From positions 172,920,001 to 172,984,000 of the forward strand of contig NC_086097.1 in the NCBI RefSeq assembly GCF_963921235.1: a stretch of 64,000 nucleotides of DNA, in the 5' to 3' direction. This document shows positions 51,095 to 64,000 of the stretch, piece after piece. Numbering within the stretch: the stretch's first letter is position 1; the number at the start of each line of letters is the position of its first letter. The position numbers were made by a program, and so were the translations under genes. Source of the DNA: Mobula hypostoma. Lineage: Eukaryota. The notes under the pieces are model-generated. The model saw nothing but the letters and a program-made list of their open reading frames with translations, had not been told where the DNA came from and did no database searches.

Positions 51095-52850
51095 GAATAT
51101 ACAGTAAAATGACACTTAGGAGCACTTGTGTACAGAGGGATCTTGGGGTGCAAGTCCACAGCGCTCTAAAACCTGCAAGCCAAGTAAGTAGGAAAATAAA
51201 GGTGCTGTACAACATGAACCTATCACAGGCAGGAGGCAATGAGTATAAAAGTCAAGAAGTCATACTGCATCTGTATAAAACTTTGGTTCAACCATATTTG
51301 GAATACTGTGCCCTGTTCTGGTCATCGCACTATAGGAAGGATGCAGAAGCTTTGGAGAGGATGTAGTAAAGGTTCATCAGCCTGAATTGGAGTCCATTAG
51401 CTATGAGGAGACATTGAAGAGACATGCACTCTCTCTGGAGCATTGGAGACTGAGGGGAGATCTGATAGAAGTACATAAAATTATGAGAGGCACAGATAGG
51501 GTAGATAGTCTTTTTCATAGCCTCAAAACATCAAAAACTAGAGACGATAAGAGGAGGATATTTTGAAGGAAATGCAAATGCTTCTAGTGGGATGGCAGTG
51601 TACTCAACACAGTGGCCACTCAGAGTCCAGTTAAAGGTGCATTTGCTTGACTTCTAAGTCTTTTTTACAATCACAAGTCTCTGCTAGATACTATCAAGTA
51701 CAGCAGAACTATCTCAATAGTGAGGTGCTTGATAGTGATAGAACTGGACTTATGGTGTATCATTCTCGTGTTGTTGCCCGGACTTGTTGTGAACTGTTGT
51801 GCCGAGGCGGTGCAACATTCAACAAACAGAGTGAGTGATTGTCTTGGATGTTTTTATTGGAATGAGAGGACCCTGTTGGACATTGGTAACATAGAATACT
51901 GCAAGTCTGTTCATTGGCGAGACCAATGGTGGAGGCACTGTGTTGCCTCAGTTGTGCTAAGGACTAGGCCTTAGCCTTGGGGTTATCTTGGATGCAGCGA
52001 CCATTGAAGTTGCCCAGGGGAGAGAACAGGGGGCTCTGCTGGCATACTGGGTTGGGTACTGTCCTCTGGGTTTTCCTCAGTGCTATCTTATAGTGTTCAC
52101 TCAGTGAAGGAACATGCTGGACCTGTACAACCTACAGTCATGCCACTCAGGGACTTGGGCTGTATTATTATTTGGTCTTTATGACTGTATGTTTTTCTGA
52201 AATCATATCCATATGTGCTATGTGCTATTCGCAATGTTCTGTGTACTGTTGGTAATGTGTTTTGCACCCTGGCCCCAGAGGAACACTATTTCATATTCAC
52301 ATATAATGTGAATGATAATTAAACTTGAACTTGAACTTAATGTGTGAGGCAAGTTTTCTTTTTACAGAGAGTGGTGGGTTTCATGAATGCACAGGGAAAT
52401 GGTTGTAGCAAAGTCATTATCCCAGCATATGTCAATGATAATATTACTTGGACTTCCAGCATCTGCAGATTTTCTCTTGTTTGTGAGTGATAATCAACCT
52501 GATTTTGAATCAGAAGCCAAGTTTATTATGATATACACAAGTACATGTACGCACAGATTCAATGAAAAACTCACTTGCAGCAGCATCACGGCACGTACTG
52601 TCACATCAGGTAAACAACATTCACAAACAAAAACATAAAATAAACGTAACTCATATACAATTTTTACAAGAAAGAAAACAATTATAACAAACAACAGATA
52701 TTATTACAAAGCTTAAGGGGCATTTAGACAGGCAAATGAACAGCCACAGAATGTAGGAATAGAGACCACGTACAGACTGATAGGAATAGTTAGACTAGCA
52801 TCATAGCTGACGGAGACATGGTGGGCTAAAACACTTGTTCCTGTGCTGTC
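51095..52850 (+). mobile_element. Old CR1 3' region with nested inserts (Rex1-derived element 51580-52340, Penelope tail, minus Rex1 tail)
   Basis: ORF 51076-51366 contains VQRDLGVQVH...LYKTLVQPYLEYC; CR1 sequence resumes at about 52340 and about 52700. Confidence 0.7.
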
Positions 52851-54089
52851 TGATGTTCTTCTCTGCTATTCATTCCTATGTATTGTGCACAATGTACACA
52901 AAGCAGATCTAAATAAGCTGATGCCCTTACATTTTTATAACCAGAGCAGACGTAGACATTTAAACACTTTGGCACAGTAAATATAATAATTTTCTAGATA
53001 ATCCTCCCTAATTTATGATTCACAGAAAGCCATTTAGTCCTTTGTGCCTGGATTGGATCAATGAAAGAGCTGGTTTATTGGACCCAATCTCTAGCTCTTT
53101 TTCAATGGTGAGCAGACTAGCTTTTTTTCATTCAAATGTTCAGTTTGTTTCCAAAACATTGCTTTCTAGATTATGACCATTTGCTGAATGCATTTCCTCA
53201 TCTTGCTTGCCGTTGCTTACTTTTAATCCTAAATCCTTCTCTCCTTGTTACTGACAATTCTACCTTATGAAAGTTTCTCATTTACACTGTCAACGTCATG
53301 CACAATTTTGAAGATCTCTTTTATATCTCTTCTTAACTACAGGTCCAAGAAGTGCTGGTTTTCAGAAACATGCATAGTTCTGACTACACCAGTACTGGAA
53401 GGGTAGTGACTTCACAGGAACAATACGGTGATAAACTCTACAAATACAACAGCAGTATCTGCAGGTACTCAAGGTCTGAAATAAAACAGCAGATGCTGGG
53501 AATACTCAGCATCACTTCTAATGGCCCTAATGGAGAACAGTTAGTTCTGCTTCTCTCTGGCACAGATGTGGCTTGACAAAGTGCTTCTTTTCTCCAATAC
53601 AGGATATAGCTGTGAAGAAAGATCATAAAATCTGGAGCTGTTTAAATATCTACATTCGACATTGGGCACTGATGGAAGTTTCCAGACAAACAGTTTCAAC
53701 GGCAGGAAAAGAACAATAAAGAACTGTGATCTCAGGTTTATGATGAGACAAATGAATAAACTGGAAAACATGGATCATACAACAAATTAATAAACCATGT
53801 AACCATGTAACAGTGTACTAACTAGTACTTTAATATTAAATTGGACTAGTTTGATGCAATCAACTTTCTCTCTCAAAAGGCCTGACTTGTCTTATTATAT
53901 TTTAAAAGAGTCATTTTTCTCATCTTTAAATATCTGGTCTCAGTATATAAAGGCAGCTCTTTAAAATATATGAAAATAGAAAACATATTTATAGACCACA
54001 AATTCCAAGCTTTTTCATCTGCATTTAAAGGGTTATAATATTTTTTAAAACGGCTGGTTTTTATTGGCAACCACATGAAAGAGACTTAC

Positions 54090-54245
54090 TTGTTTTTGCA
54101 CACTGTTAAGTGGCTGCACTTTGATGATCAGTGATGCTGTTCTTCCCTTGTACTGGATGCTTCTAACAAATGTGCCTATGTTGTCCACACTGAATGGCTC
54201 GGACCAGCGCCAGTTTCCCCAGCCCTCGATACAGATGTGCAACAG
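54090..54245 (-). CDS. VPS13B: VPS13B internal coding exon (156 nt; first in window)
   Basis: catgcag|CTG...CAA|gtaagt. Encodes LLHICIEGWGNWRWSEPFSVDNIGTFVRSIQYKGRTASLIIKVQPLNSVQKQ, nearly identical to recalled human LLHICIEGWGNWRWSEPFSVDHAGTFIRTIQYRGRTASLIIKV. Confidence 0.98.
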
Positions 54246-54954
54246 CTGCATGGAACAATGAATATGTTTGTATTGACAAAGGGTCTGAGATAAGACAGTG
54301 CAATCCACAGCATTTTATAAAAGTTACCATTTTCTCCAGAATTATTTGCTTCTATTTATCGGATGTAGATAATCAGCAAGCCACTTTTTCTTTTGAAACA
54401 GCTCGATCAATTTCAACAACTGAGTTACTCATCCATAGGTACCTGTCCATAAGTTATAGTGGATTCAGAACAACTTATATAGTTAATGTTATAAGACCAC
54501 TGAATGGTCCCCTGGACTCCTAACCTCAGAATGTACCTCATCATGGTCTTGCACCTTATCGTCTGTCTGCACTGTACCTTCTCTGTAACCGTAACACTTA
54601 ATTCTGCATTCTGTTATTGCTTTTCCCTCATACCATCTCGATGTCTTGAAATGATTCCTATGGACGGCTGGCAAAACTCATTTTTCACTGTGTATATATG
54701 TGACAATAATATTTCAAATTCAACAATATTGTAGTCATTTTGATGTGCTTAAAGGAATGGCAGTTAAGTGCTGATATGATGAAAATATCTGAATGAATGC
54801 CAGGCAAAATAGTTTTTCACAGTACCTCGATACAGTGCGGCAATAGTAAACCAATCTTACACTGATCTAATAACAATGTACATGGTGCAACCAACTCGTG
54901 AGCAAATAGCAACTTTGATGGAGAAAAGGTCCTGTGGTTCAGGTACAGTGCTTC

Positions 54955-55235
54955 AGGAGCACAGTGGTGCGGTTAGTCATACTGCTGCCACACTGCACCA
55001 GAGACTGTGGCTCGAGCATGACCTCAGGAGCTGTTTGAGCAGAGATTCTCCCTCTGACTACATAAAGCAAAAATACGGTACAGTAAATTATCCCTGGTGT
55101 AACTCCCATAGAATCTGGGGGTCACTAATGAAATTGTAGAGAATAATGTAGAATCAGTGTAAATGGGTAGTTGATAATTACAGAGGACTTGAAAGGTCAA
55201 AAGGTCAATTTCCATGAAGTATCTCTCTATAACAT
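54955..55235 (+). mobile_element. tRNA-derived SINE (HE1/V-SINE-like), degraded
   Basis: Head gcacagtggtgcggttagtcatactgctgcc..., body gtaaattatccctggtgta, CR1-like tail. Confidence 0.6.
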
Positions 55236-56169
55236 TTGTAACATGTCCTGATGAAGGTCTCGGCCCAAAACATCGACTGTACTCTTTTCCATAGATACTG
55301 CCTGGCCTCTTGAGTTCCTCTTGCATTTTGTGTGTGTTGCTTAAATTTCCAGCATCTGCAGATTTTCTTTTGTTTGTTATTTATTGCAAGACATGTTTTA
55401 CTGTTTTACATATTTTCACATCTTTTACACATTTTCACTGGATACATTTCTATTGAAAAAGTTACCTAACAACATGATGATTTGCATGAATCCAAAATTG
55501 GCACATCAGCAGCAAATTTCTCTATCAGAGAGAGTTGTAAATAAAAAAAGTTTTAGCTCCTATTTTACTAAACACACCCATTATTTGCTTACTGGTGCAG
55601 TCCTGGTAGAGTTCTGATGAAAGGATATGGTGCTGAAACTCTTACAACTCAGACCTGTTGAGTACTTGCTGCTTTCTTTATACTGTTTCAGATTTCTGGC
55701 AATTGCTTCCTGTTTTGTATACTTTGGGCAAAATCCTTTAGGAAGTCATCACTAGAAATACTAGCAACAATGCATTCTGCTCTCCTCAGAAATTCAGCTC
55801 CATTAAACAATTTTTAAGGCAAATATAAAGTTCTGGTGCCACTATATAACATACATAATGCTATATCATGAGCACAAATTTCTAGGGAAATTACTTCATA
55901 CTTAATCAATAAATATTTTTCCCTGTGTGAAATGACTGCAAGGTAGCAATCAGAGGAAAGTAACATATGCCATCAGGAGACACTCCAGACTCAATAGTGA
56001 ATTAAACAATTTTAGATAACCAGATCTTCTAGCTGGTGCTGAAAAGTCATGGATTTGTAATGCCAACTCTGCTTCCCTCTCCTAACATTTCTCATCAGAT
56101 CGACTGAGTAATGCCAGCATTTGCTTTCATATCATCTAACAAGCGACTGGAGTGCTTTGTATTCTACAC

Positions 56170-56655
56170 TACTGTAGTTTTCTGGTGAGATAGTACAAAA
56201 GGAAGACAATAATAGAATGAAGAATAGTGTTTCAGAGAAAGTGCATTGCGGGAAGACTATATAGTGCGACGCTCATCCAAGGTAGATTGAAACTTTAACA
56301 GTTCATCTTTATAGTATGGGAGGTCCATTCAAGAGTCTTAAAACAGTGATATAGAAGTTGAACATAATCCTGGTGTGCGTTCTCCAAGTTTTTCTACCTT
56401 CAGCCTGATGGAAGGGAGAAGAACAGAGAATAACTGGAGTGGGTTGAAGGCTTTGGTTATGTTGGTTGTTTTCCCGAAGCTGTGAGAAATGCAGGCAGAG
56501 TCAATAGAAGGGAGATTGGCCTTAATAAAGGACTGGGCTGCATTCTGTGGTCTTGAGCAGAGCAGTTGCTATAGCAACCTGTGATGCATCTGGTTAGGAT
56601 GCAATTAACAGTGCCCTTGCAAAAAATTGGTGAGGGTCAATGGGGATGTGGAAAA
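56170..56655 (-). mobile_element. Old Rex1/Babar 3' fragment
   Basis: Reverse complement of the family at 780-1475 and 16450-17230. Confidence 0.65.
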
Positions 56656-57509
56656 TTTCTTCTCTATACTCTGTCCTTATTTATTTCTCTCTATTAATAA
56701 CTTCTCCAGATCAATTCAGCTGTTCACCGAGCTTTCACCACTCACTCTCAGCCACCACCACCAGCATTTGCACCATTCAGTCTCTATTAGATTCACAAAC
56801 ACATTCATTATGTCCTATCACAGACACTCCTGTTGTTCTCTCTGAACCACCTGCTTCACTGCAATTTAACAAAAATGTTTGATTTCTAACTTATCCCACT
56901 TCTGATGAAAGATCACTGGCCTGACAATTACTCTGTCACAAACAAGAGAAGATCTGCAGATGCTGGAAATCTAATCAACACACACAAGCAAGACGGAAGG
57001 GTCTCGGCCTAAAACGTCAATTGTACACTTTTCCATAGATGCTGGCTGGCCTGCTGAGCTCCTCCAGCATTTTGTGTGTGACACTTATTCTGTTCCTCTC
57101 TTCACAGATGCTGCCTGACCCACTGAATATCCTCAGTATAGATTTCAGATTTCCAGCATTTGCAATTGTTTTTCAATCTTTAAAGGGGGTTCCTGAATCT
57201 AAGAGAACAGACTCTGCATCATCTTATCTAATCAGGCTGAATTATCATTCCTTACCTGTTCTAAGGCAGGAAATGGCAACTGCGCAAATAAAAATAAATA
57301 AACTGCTGGAAATTTCACTATTTATGACTCAGCATGGTGTAGAAATTATACTTACACTAGAATGGACAAAGGTAATCTTTTCTGATGGTCTAGTGGATAT
57401 CAACTGATTAATACATTCTGTGTATTGCAGTTGGAATCTCCGGATGAGATTCCAGAGTAACATCTGGATCGCCACACTTAACTCTGTGTTTGTATGTGAG
57501 TGAATGTGC

Positions 57510-57975
57510 ATACTTGTCTATTAAGGAATGTTGTGGTTAAACTGGAAAGGGTGCAGAAAATTAGAATGCCTGAGTTATAGGGAAAGGTTGACCAGGCTAG
57601 GCTTTTTATCATGGGTGGTCTTATGGAAGTGTTTAAAATTAAGAAAGACATTTTAAAGGTGGGTAGTAACATTCTTTTCTTTTCCCCAGGATAGGGGACT
57701 TCAAAACTAAGGAGAATAGATTTAGAATGAGAGGGCAAAGATTTGAAAAGGACCCGAAGGGTAACATTTTCACAGAGGGTAGCCAGCGAAGTGGCTGAGG
57801 CAGATACAATAGCATCACTTAAGAAGTGCTTGGATAGGTTCACAGAGGGGTGGGATTTAGAGGGATATGGGCCAAATGCATGAAATTGGGATTAGCCGGG
57901 TAGGCACCCTGGTAGACATTGACTGATTTGACCAAAGGACCTGTATCCATGCTGTCTTGCTCCTTGACTCTATGA
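57510..57975 (+). mobile_element. Old CR1 3' fragment
   Basis: aaactggaaagggtgcagaaaa...ttttcacagagggt, then the CR1 3' UTR. Confidence 0.75.
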
Positions 57976-59854
57976 TATTAAAGTCTAACTTACTTTTTAA
58001 ATAATGCTGAGCACTCAGAGCCACAGATTATTCACAGCGCAAAATCCAAGCCATTCTATTAACCTGTGTCTGAGCCACAGGTTGTCAGGATCACAAAAGC
58101 AGTCTTTTCAATTGTGATTATCAGTTGAGTGTTATTTAATTAATATTTATTGACGGGGGGGACCATAATGGCATTACACCGTGAAGGTTTACATTGAGCA
58201 GGCAGCAGAATGAAATATATTTTACAAACCCAACAAAGTAATTGAACCATAGGCTGCTTCTACAAAAAGGTGGATTTATTATGTGCAGCCAGTAAAAGAG
58301 ATGAAGCTATAATAATCTTAGAAAGCCAAAGAATATAATTGTCATTTCAATACAACCTGTTAATCAATTTTGGAAATGAACACTCCAAACACCAAAAAGG
58401 TATGTTGATGTTAATTACTTCAAGGCAGATTTGATCAAGTACTGGGCTTTCTTGCACCTCTGTCTGTAATTTGTTTAATTTATAAATATTAGCTGATGTC
58501 AAAGAAAAGCAGCTACAGCACTTGGAGCCATTCAAGCAGTTAGCAAGTAAGTAGTTGATTCTTGTGGAGCATGAAGGCTTGAATATTTTGATAAGATAAA
58601 TTAGTAGCAATGGGGAAAATTACATCGGAAGTAATAAATATATTTAGAGAGTGAAAGGAAATATATGATTTCATACTGAAACATAGGAACCATAGAAAAT
58701 AAGGAGCAGGAGTAGGCCTTATTCCACAGATGAAGCTGACCTGCTGAGTGTTTCCGGTTTCTGTTTTTATTTTTTTTCTGTTGTAATTCAGATTTCCATA
58801 TGTGTAGCTTTTTTTTTCACCCTATGTAAATTGGTTCAAGTGCCACTTTGTCTGCAATTTGGAGCTAGACACTGTGTTTCCATTTTGCAGCTTTGCCACC
58901 TGGTTTCCCCCCCATTTTAATTGCCATAGGATAGTTATGATTCCAGCCATGTGTTCAATGCAACAGCAGAGTACAAAGGGCTTTCTCCCCAGTCAGGCAT
59001 GCCAATGCTGATAGTCATATATGAGTAGCAGTCATTGTCGCCAGCTACTTTCATCCTGATGCTAGACAGGTTTATGCAAGATGCTGCAAATAAACCCGGA
59101 ACAGGGATGGCTTTTAGGCAACTTGTCATAATTCTGTCCAAGTTGATATCAACATGATTAGTGTTCTTTGTATCCTCAAGTGGAGCAGACATTTCCAGCC
59201 ACGAAGAGAATACAAATACATTAATGTGCATGTATAGTGAACAGATGAGCTCATCACTTTTAATTGCTAAACTTTTGCAAAACAGGGGTCGTGTGTTGAC
59301 CTTGCTTTCTTTAAGTAAGTATAAAGCTTAGTGCTACCTAGGCTGCATCTGATTTACAAGCCTTTGGCCTCCCTAATAAGATATAACTATTCTAGAGTGG
59401 TTAAACATTTGGGTCTCCCACACTGGGTTTTGTTCAGGTTGAGTTTGAGATAGTTAATCGCACATTCTGTTCAACAATGTTTCTGACGTCTTTTTGATGT
59501 TCTCGAAATACCTTCATTGCATGAAAATGCAGAGATTGTTTACACAGGTGAAACATTAACATTTATTAGAATGATGAAGTTACTGCTGAATTACACCAGG
59601 AAACATGATGTCTTGTAACAAGCCATTTCTTTTTAGAAACATGACCTCCTTCTCTTAAAAAAAGGTTGCATTCAGAAACACTTACTCTACAAGAAACAAC
59701 TATTAACAAGGTTAATGAAGTCCTCCCTCATTACCCAATGTGATCCACAGCTCCTGCAATAAAGAACTTCTGACTAGCCTATGTTAACAGAATCATGTTG
59801 CACAAGACATGAGAAAGGGCAGGAACTCTCACTGGCAAGATGGCACTTTGAAAC

Positions 59855-61050
59855 ACAGAGTCATAAAATACAGCACGGATGGAGGTCCTCCAGCCCAATA
59901 TGTCCATTCAGATGACAGTGCGCACCAACCTGCATTCAGCCCGTATCCCTCTGGGCCTGCCTTTTCATATACCTAATTAATTGCTTCTTAAATGCAACTA
60001 CTGTACTTGCCTCAACCATTTCCTCTGGCAGCTCATTCCATATGCTCAGCATCCCTACATGAAGAAGCTGACCCTCAGGTCTCTTTCCATGTTCAAGTTC
60101 AGTTTATTTCCATTCTACAACACACATGTATACCAAATGCAACAACGTTCATCTGGACCAGGGTGCACAATACAGTACATATAACTCTATGTACTAAACT
60201 AACAAATAATATCAGAATCAGAAATGGGTTTAATATCACTGGCATTGGCTGTGAAATGTGTTGTTACGCAGCAGCAGTACACAGCAATATATAGTAATAA
60301 AAACTGTAAATTACAGTAAGTATATATATTTAAAAGGTTAAATTAAATAAGTAGTGCAAAAAGAGGAAAAAAAGTAGTGAGTTAGTGTTCATGGGCTCAA
60401 TGTCCATTCAGAAATCTGATGGCAGAGGGAAGGAAGCTATTCCTGAATTGTTCAGTTTGTGCCTTCTGGCTCTTGTACTTCCTCCCTAACGGTAGCAATG
60501 AGAAGAGGGCATATCTTGGGGAATGGGGGTCCTTGATGATGGATGCTGCCTTTTTGAGGATTGCTCCTTGAGGATGTCCTGGATGCTAATGAGGCTAGTG
60601 CCCATGATGGAGCTGACTGAGCTTACAGCTTTCAGCAGCTTACTTCAATTCCATGTAGTGCATCCCCACCCCCCGCCCCGCCATTCCACACGGTGATGCA
60701 GCCAGTTAGAATGCTCTCCACAGTACACCTGTAGAAATTTGCAAGTATGGATGGATGGATGGATAGATGGATGGATGAGATCTTTGAAAATGCTAAGGGC
60801 TTATCTCTGATGGTGGAAGAGAGACCCCAACGGTCCTCTCAGCAGTTCTCGCAATCCTTTGTAGAGCTATGTGGTCAAGTGCTTTGCAAGTTTTTTTCCC
60901 TCTTACCCTAAATCTCCAACCCCTAGTTTTGGACTTGCCTACTTTGGAGAAAAGACCATTACCATCCACTTTCTCTATGCTTCTCATAATTTTAAACATT
61001 TCTATAATTTTATCTCTTATTCTCCCACACTGGAGAAAAACTGCCAGAGC
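59855..61050 (-). mobile_element. Minus CR1 3' end split by Rex1 fragments (60095-60880) and a (GGAT)n tract at about 60748-60777
   Basis: CR1 at 59855-60090 and 60885-61050; 60215-60746 matches the Rex1 3' end seen at 17240-17730. Confidence 0.75.
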
Positions 61051-62099
61051 CTCGATAAACTAAACATTCCTTTGTAATGTATAACTGTGATTCTTTGCTC
61101 AAAGTATTTGCATTCCTCCAACCTTGGCTCCAGTGTCAGTGGATGTAAATCCTATCTTTTAGGCTTTAAGCAGTGAAATTCCTAGAAACCTCTCCTCTCC
61201 TTCAACATTATAATAAAACTGACTTCATTAATGCACCAAGAATAACCACTGATAACTCTTTTCCTGAAATGCTGCCTGGCCTGCTGAGCTCCTCCAGCAT
61301 TTTGTGTGTGTTGATCATTAATGCTTTCTTGCTAGATCAATGCAGAGTGGTGTAGTTAATAGGTAATTAACAACGAGAAGTAACATTTTCCTAAAGTTCA
61401 TAGTGAGATTGACAACAAGATGCTACTTTAATAAGGCTAGTGGCTAAAATGCCCAGATAGTTCAGCACAGGTGGTGATTCACTATTTCTGGAGTCTCACT
61501 ATCCCACTATACACTGTTCAAACGATTTGCACATCAATAACAGAGTGCCCCAGTTATGTTTACAGGAAATTCTGAACTATGTTTAATACTGAGCCTTGTT
61601 CTATGTTCTATTGCTGACAGATGGGATGAGTTAAAGTTGACATGGTCAGCATAGACATCGTAGGCTGATGAGCCTGTTCCTGTGCTCTTAATATCTAACA
61701 ACTGATCATGTCCACTTTGTGCCTATTAATATGACTTAATACAATTTTTCCTTTGATGCTCACAGCAAGCCATTCTCATTTTCCAATCCAGTTTGGATTT
61801 CTAATCAAATTTTCCATCTACCTTAGTTACTTCATTCTATGAAGTACAAGGCTGGAAAGGCTGCAGAACAGACCTGGTTCTGTACTCTGTACTGTAAGTT
61901 TGAAGTTCCAACACAAGAGTGGCTGAGAGAATAGGCTCTCAGTTCCTTTGTCAGGAATCCCCACTGAAAATGCTCAACTTCGCTATTTCCAGCCACAAAC
62001 TTGAGAGCCCTTATACTGTAGGTTATTGCAAGAAGAATTGTCACTTGGTAGGGCAAATCAACAGAGGCAAGACTGAGGAAAGTGTCTGATTTTATTAAT

Positions 62100-62405
62100 T
62101 TCTCAGCCTATGGGGATGGTTGGCAAAGCTACCACTTTCCTAAATGTGCCCAGCACTGAGTGAACTATTTTGAAGAGCAGTCCCACATTGCGGGGTCTGG
62201 AGTCGAACAGTCACCGAAGATTTTTCCATCTTAGAAAAATTACTGAACTGAATGTGTTTTCATTACTAGGAATAGCTTTTATCACTTCACATTTATTTAA
62301 TTAACTGAATTTAAACTCCCCAGATGCCATGGTGGGATTTGAACTCATGTCAATTCTTACCTTCAAACTGCTATTCCAGTAACTTAACCAGTATGCTTCC
62401 ATTCC
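62100..62405 (-). mobile_element. Ancient tRNA-derived SINE remnant
   Basis: Minus strand reads gcatactggttaagttactgga...catgagttcaaatcccaccatggcatctggggagtttaaattcagttaattaaataaat, with a B-box-like GAGTTCAAATCC. Confidence 0.55.
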
Positions 62406-63645
62406 CAGCAGTGATGTATTGACAGGTGATCAATGTGAACAAAGTTGTATAAATATGGAGTCAAGATTGGAATTTAAGCAGTAAGCATGGTGGGGAAATA
62501 CTCTTCAGAAACAGTCCAGCTGGGAAAAGTCATTAATGGAGCACAACAAAGTGAGGCTCTTAAGTCAAATGAGATGGCAAGCCTAGAGAACTGAATCAAT
62601 TACATTCAATGGTCAAGGTGGAGCTTTATAGTCTCAGATGTTTTGTTTATTTTTCCTACTTCAGGATATTAAATAAGCTGTGCAAGAGACCATGGTAGTT
62701 CAACAGACATATGATGTTAAAAGGATCAGGACTAATGGACCTAATGTCCTTTAGTCTCAGTCACATTTTGTATGTTTTTACAGACTACATGCTTAAAAAT
62801 CCTTTATCTGCTTGTTCCCTACTTAGAGATAACAGCACTTATCCTGAAATGATTGGATGTATTAGACACCCCCTTACAATGGAAAATGAATAAATAGATT
62901 GCATTATATTTTTCTCTACATCAAAAGGGATTATACATTTCACATTTCATTAGAATGGCAGACAGCAAAACGCTAATCTCTACTTGTAAAATTTATCACC
63001 TTCATTATAAATTGAGGATAGCTTGGAATTTTAAAATACAGTGCACTATAAACTGGAATGCTTTGGAATATTTTCGTCTTGAAGACCTCGTCTGCTAATA
63101 CAAAAATATTTTGTTTTGTAGCTTTGAATCTAATCAACATGCAAATTATCTCATAACACAGCCAATAATTGATAATTTGCCTTAAGAACCAATTTTATCA
63201 TCACTGAAATTTTAATTGGTTTGTTACCAATAAAAAAATTACAATTTTTCCTACAACCAAACAAGAAATCTCAACTTGGGAGATATGTTTAATTCATTAT
63301 AGGCAATAAAAAAATTCAAATCAGACATTTGTTATATTGTTACATTTGAGAATAGAAAATCAAAATTATTAAATGTGGTTGTTCATGAATGTATCTTTAA
63401 AAGTAAAAAAAAGTCAGCATTAACAGCAAACACTAATTGAGTAACTGAGTTCTCTCCTATTAAATTCCTTCTTTTTCAGCCATATCACTTCCATCACCTC
63501 ATCTCACTTATTACCTGCTGGGTATACTCTTTCCCTTTGCCCCTCCACCTTCTTTTTCTGGCTTCTGACCCCTTCCTTTCCAGCCCTGATGATGTATCTT
63601 GGTCTGAAACATCAACTGTTTATACTCCTTCATAGATGTTGCACT

Positions 63646-64000
63646 CACAACACGCTGGAAGAACTCAGCAGGTCGGACAGCATCCGTGGAAACAATCAGT
63701 CAATGTTTCGGGCCGGAACCCTTCGTCAGGACTGTAGGGGGAAGGGGCAGAGGCCCTATAAAAAAGGTGGGGGGGGAGGGTGGGAAGGAGAAGGCTGGTA
63801 GGTGCCAGGTGAAAAACCAGTAAGGGGAAAGATAAAGGGGTGGGGGAGGGGAAGCAGGGAGGTGACAGGCAGGAAAGGAGAAGAAGGAATAGGGGAGACA
63901 GACTGTCCACTGACATCTTCTACAAGCCCACTGACTCTCATAACTACCTCGACTATACCTCTTCCCACACTGCCACATGCAAAAATGCCATTCCCTATTC
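63646..64000 (+). mobile_element. Penelope-like element of a second family: inverted pLTR (63646-63892) joined to a 5'-truncated plus-strand RT body that runs off the window
   Basis: 63893-64000 translates GDRLSTDIFYKPTDSHNYLDYTSSHTATCKNAIPY (PLE RT thumb). Minus-strand hammerhead-like motif cagtcCTGACGAagggttccggcccGAAAcattgactg at 63697-63734. Confidence 0.85.

Noticed and set aside
58935..59231. 98-aa minus-strand ORF as a possible upstream VPS13B exon
   Set aside because: No similarity to the expected preceding sequence (...LRFGQVDTDENILLASLHSHQYSWRSHKSPQ) and no convincing splice sites.
61832..62056. 74-aa minus-strand ORF as a possible exon
   Set aside because: No VPS13B similarity that I could see; likely a chance ORF.

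Overview
This is vertebrate genomic DNA. The repeat content (abundant CR1, Rex1/Babar, L2, Neptune-type Penelope elements and tRNA-derived SINEs) suggests a cartilaginous fish, probably a ray; that is an inference. The whole window lies inside one minus-strand gene, VPS13B (COH1). Eleven consecutive internal coding exons (54245 down to 1570, about 2.0 kb, about 670 codons) have canonical AG/GT ends, compatible phases and no stops, and they match human VPS13B as I recall it (VAB/SHR-BD region and just after). The flanking exons lie outside the window. The rest is intron, dominated by mostly dead retroelements, which explain nearly all the long ORFs in the track. I found no evidence of a new protein-coding system, and no prokaryotic features such as CRISPR arrays or operons. 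The most interesting items are: young Penelope insertions with inverted arms, TSDs and minimal hammerhead ribozymes; a multi-level nest (CR1 > Harbinger-like MITE > solo LTR + Penelope); four in-frame tandem splice acceptors on one exon; a locally templated 67-bp insertion inside a CR1; and a dense OTX/CRX-RAX-MEIS-E-box motif cluster that resembles a retinal enhancer.
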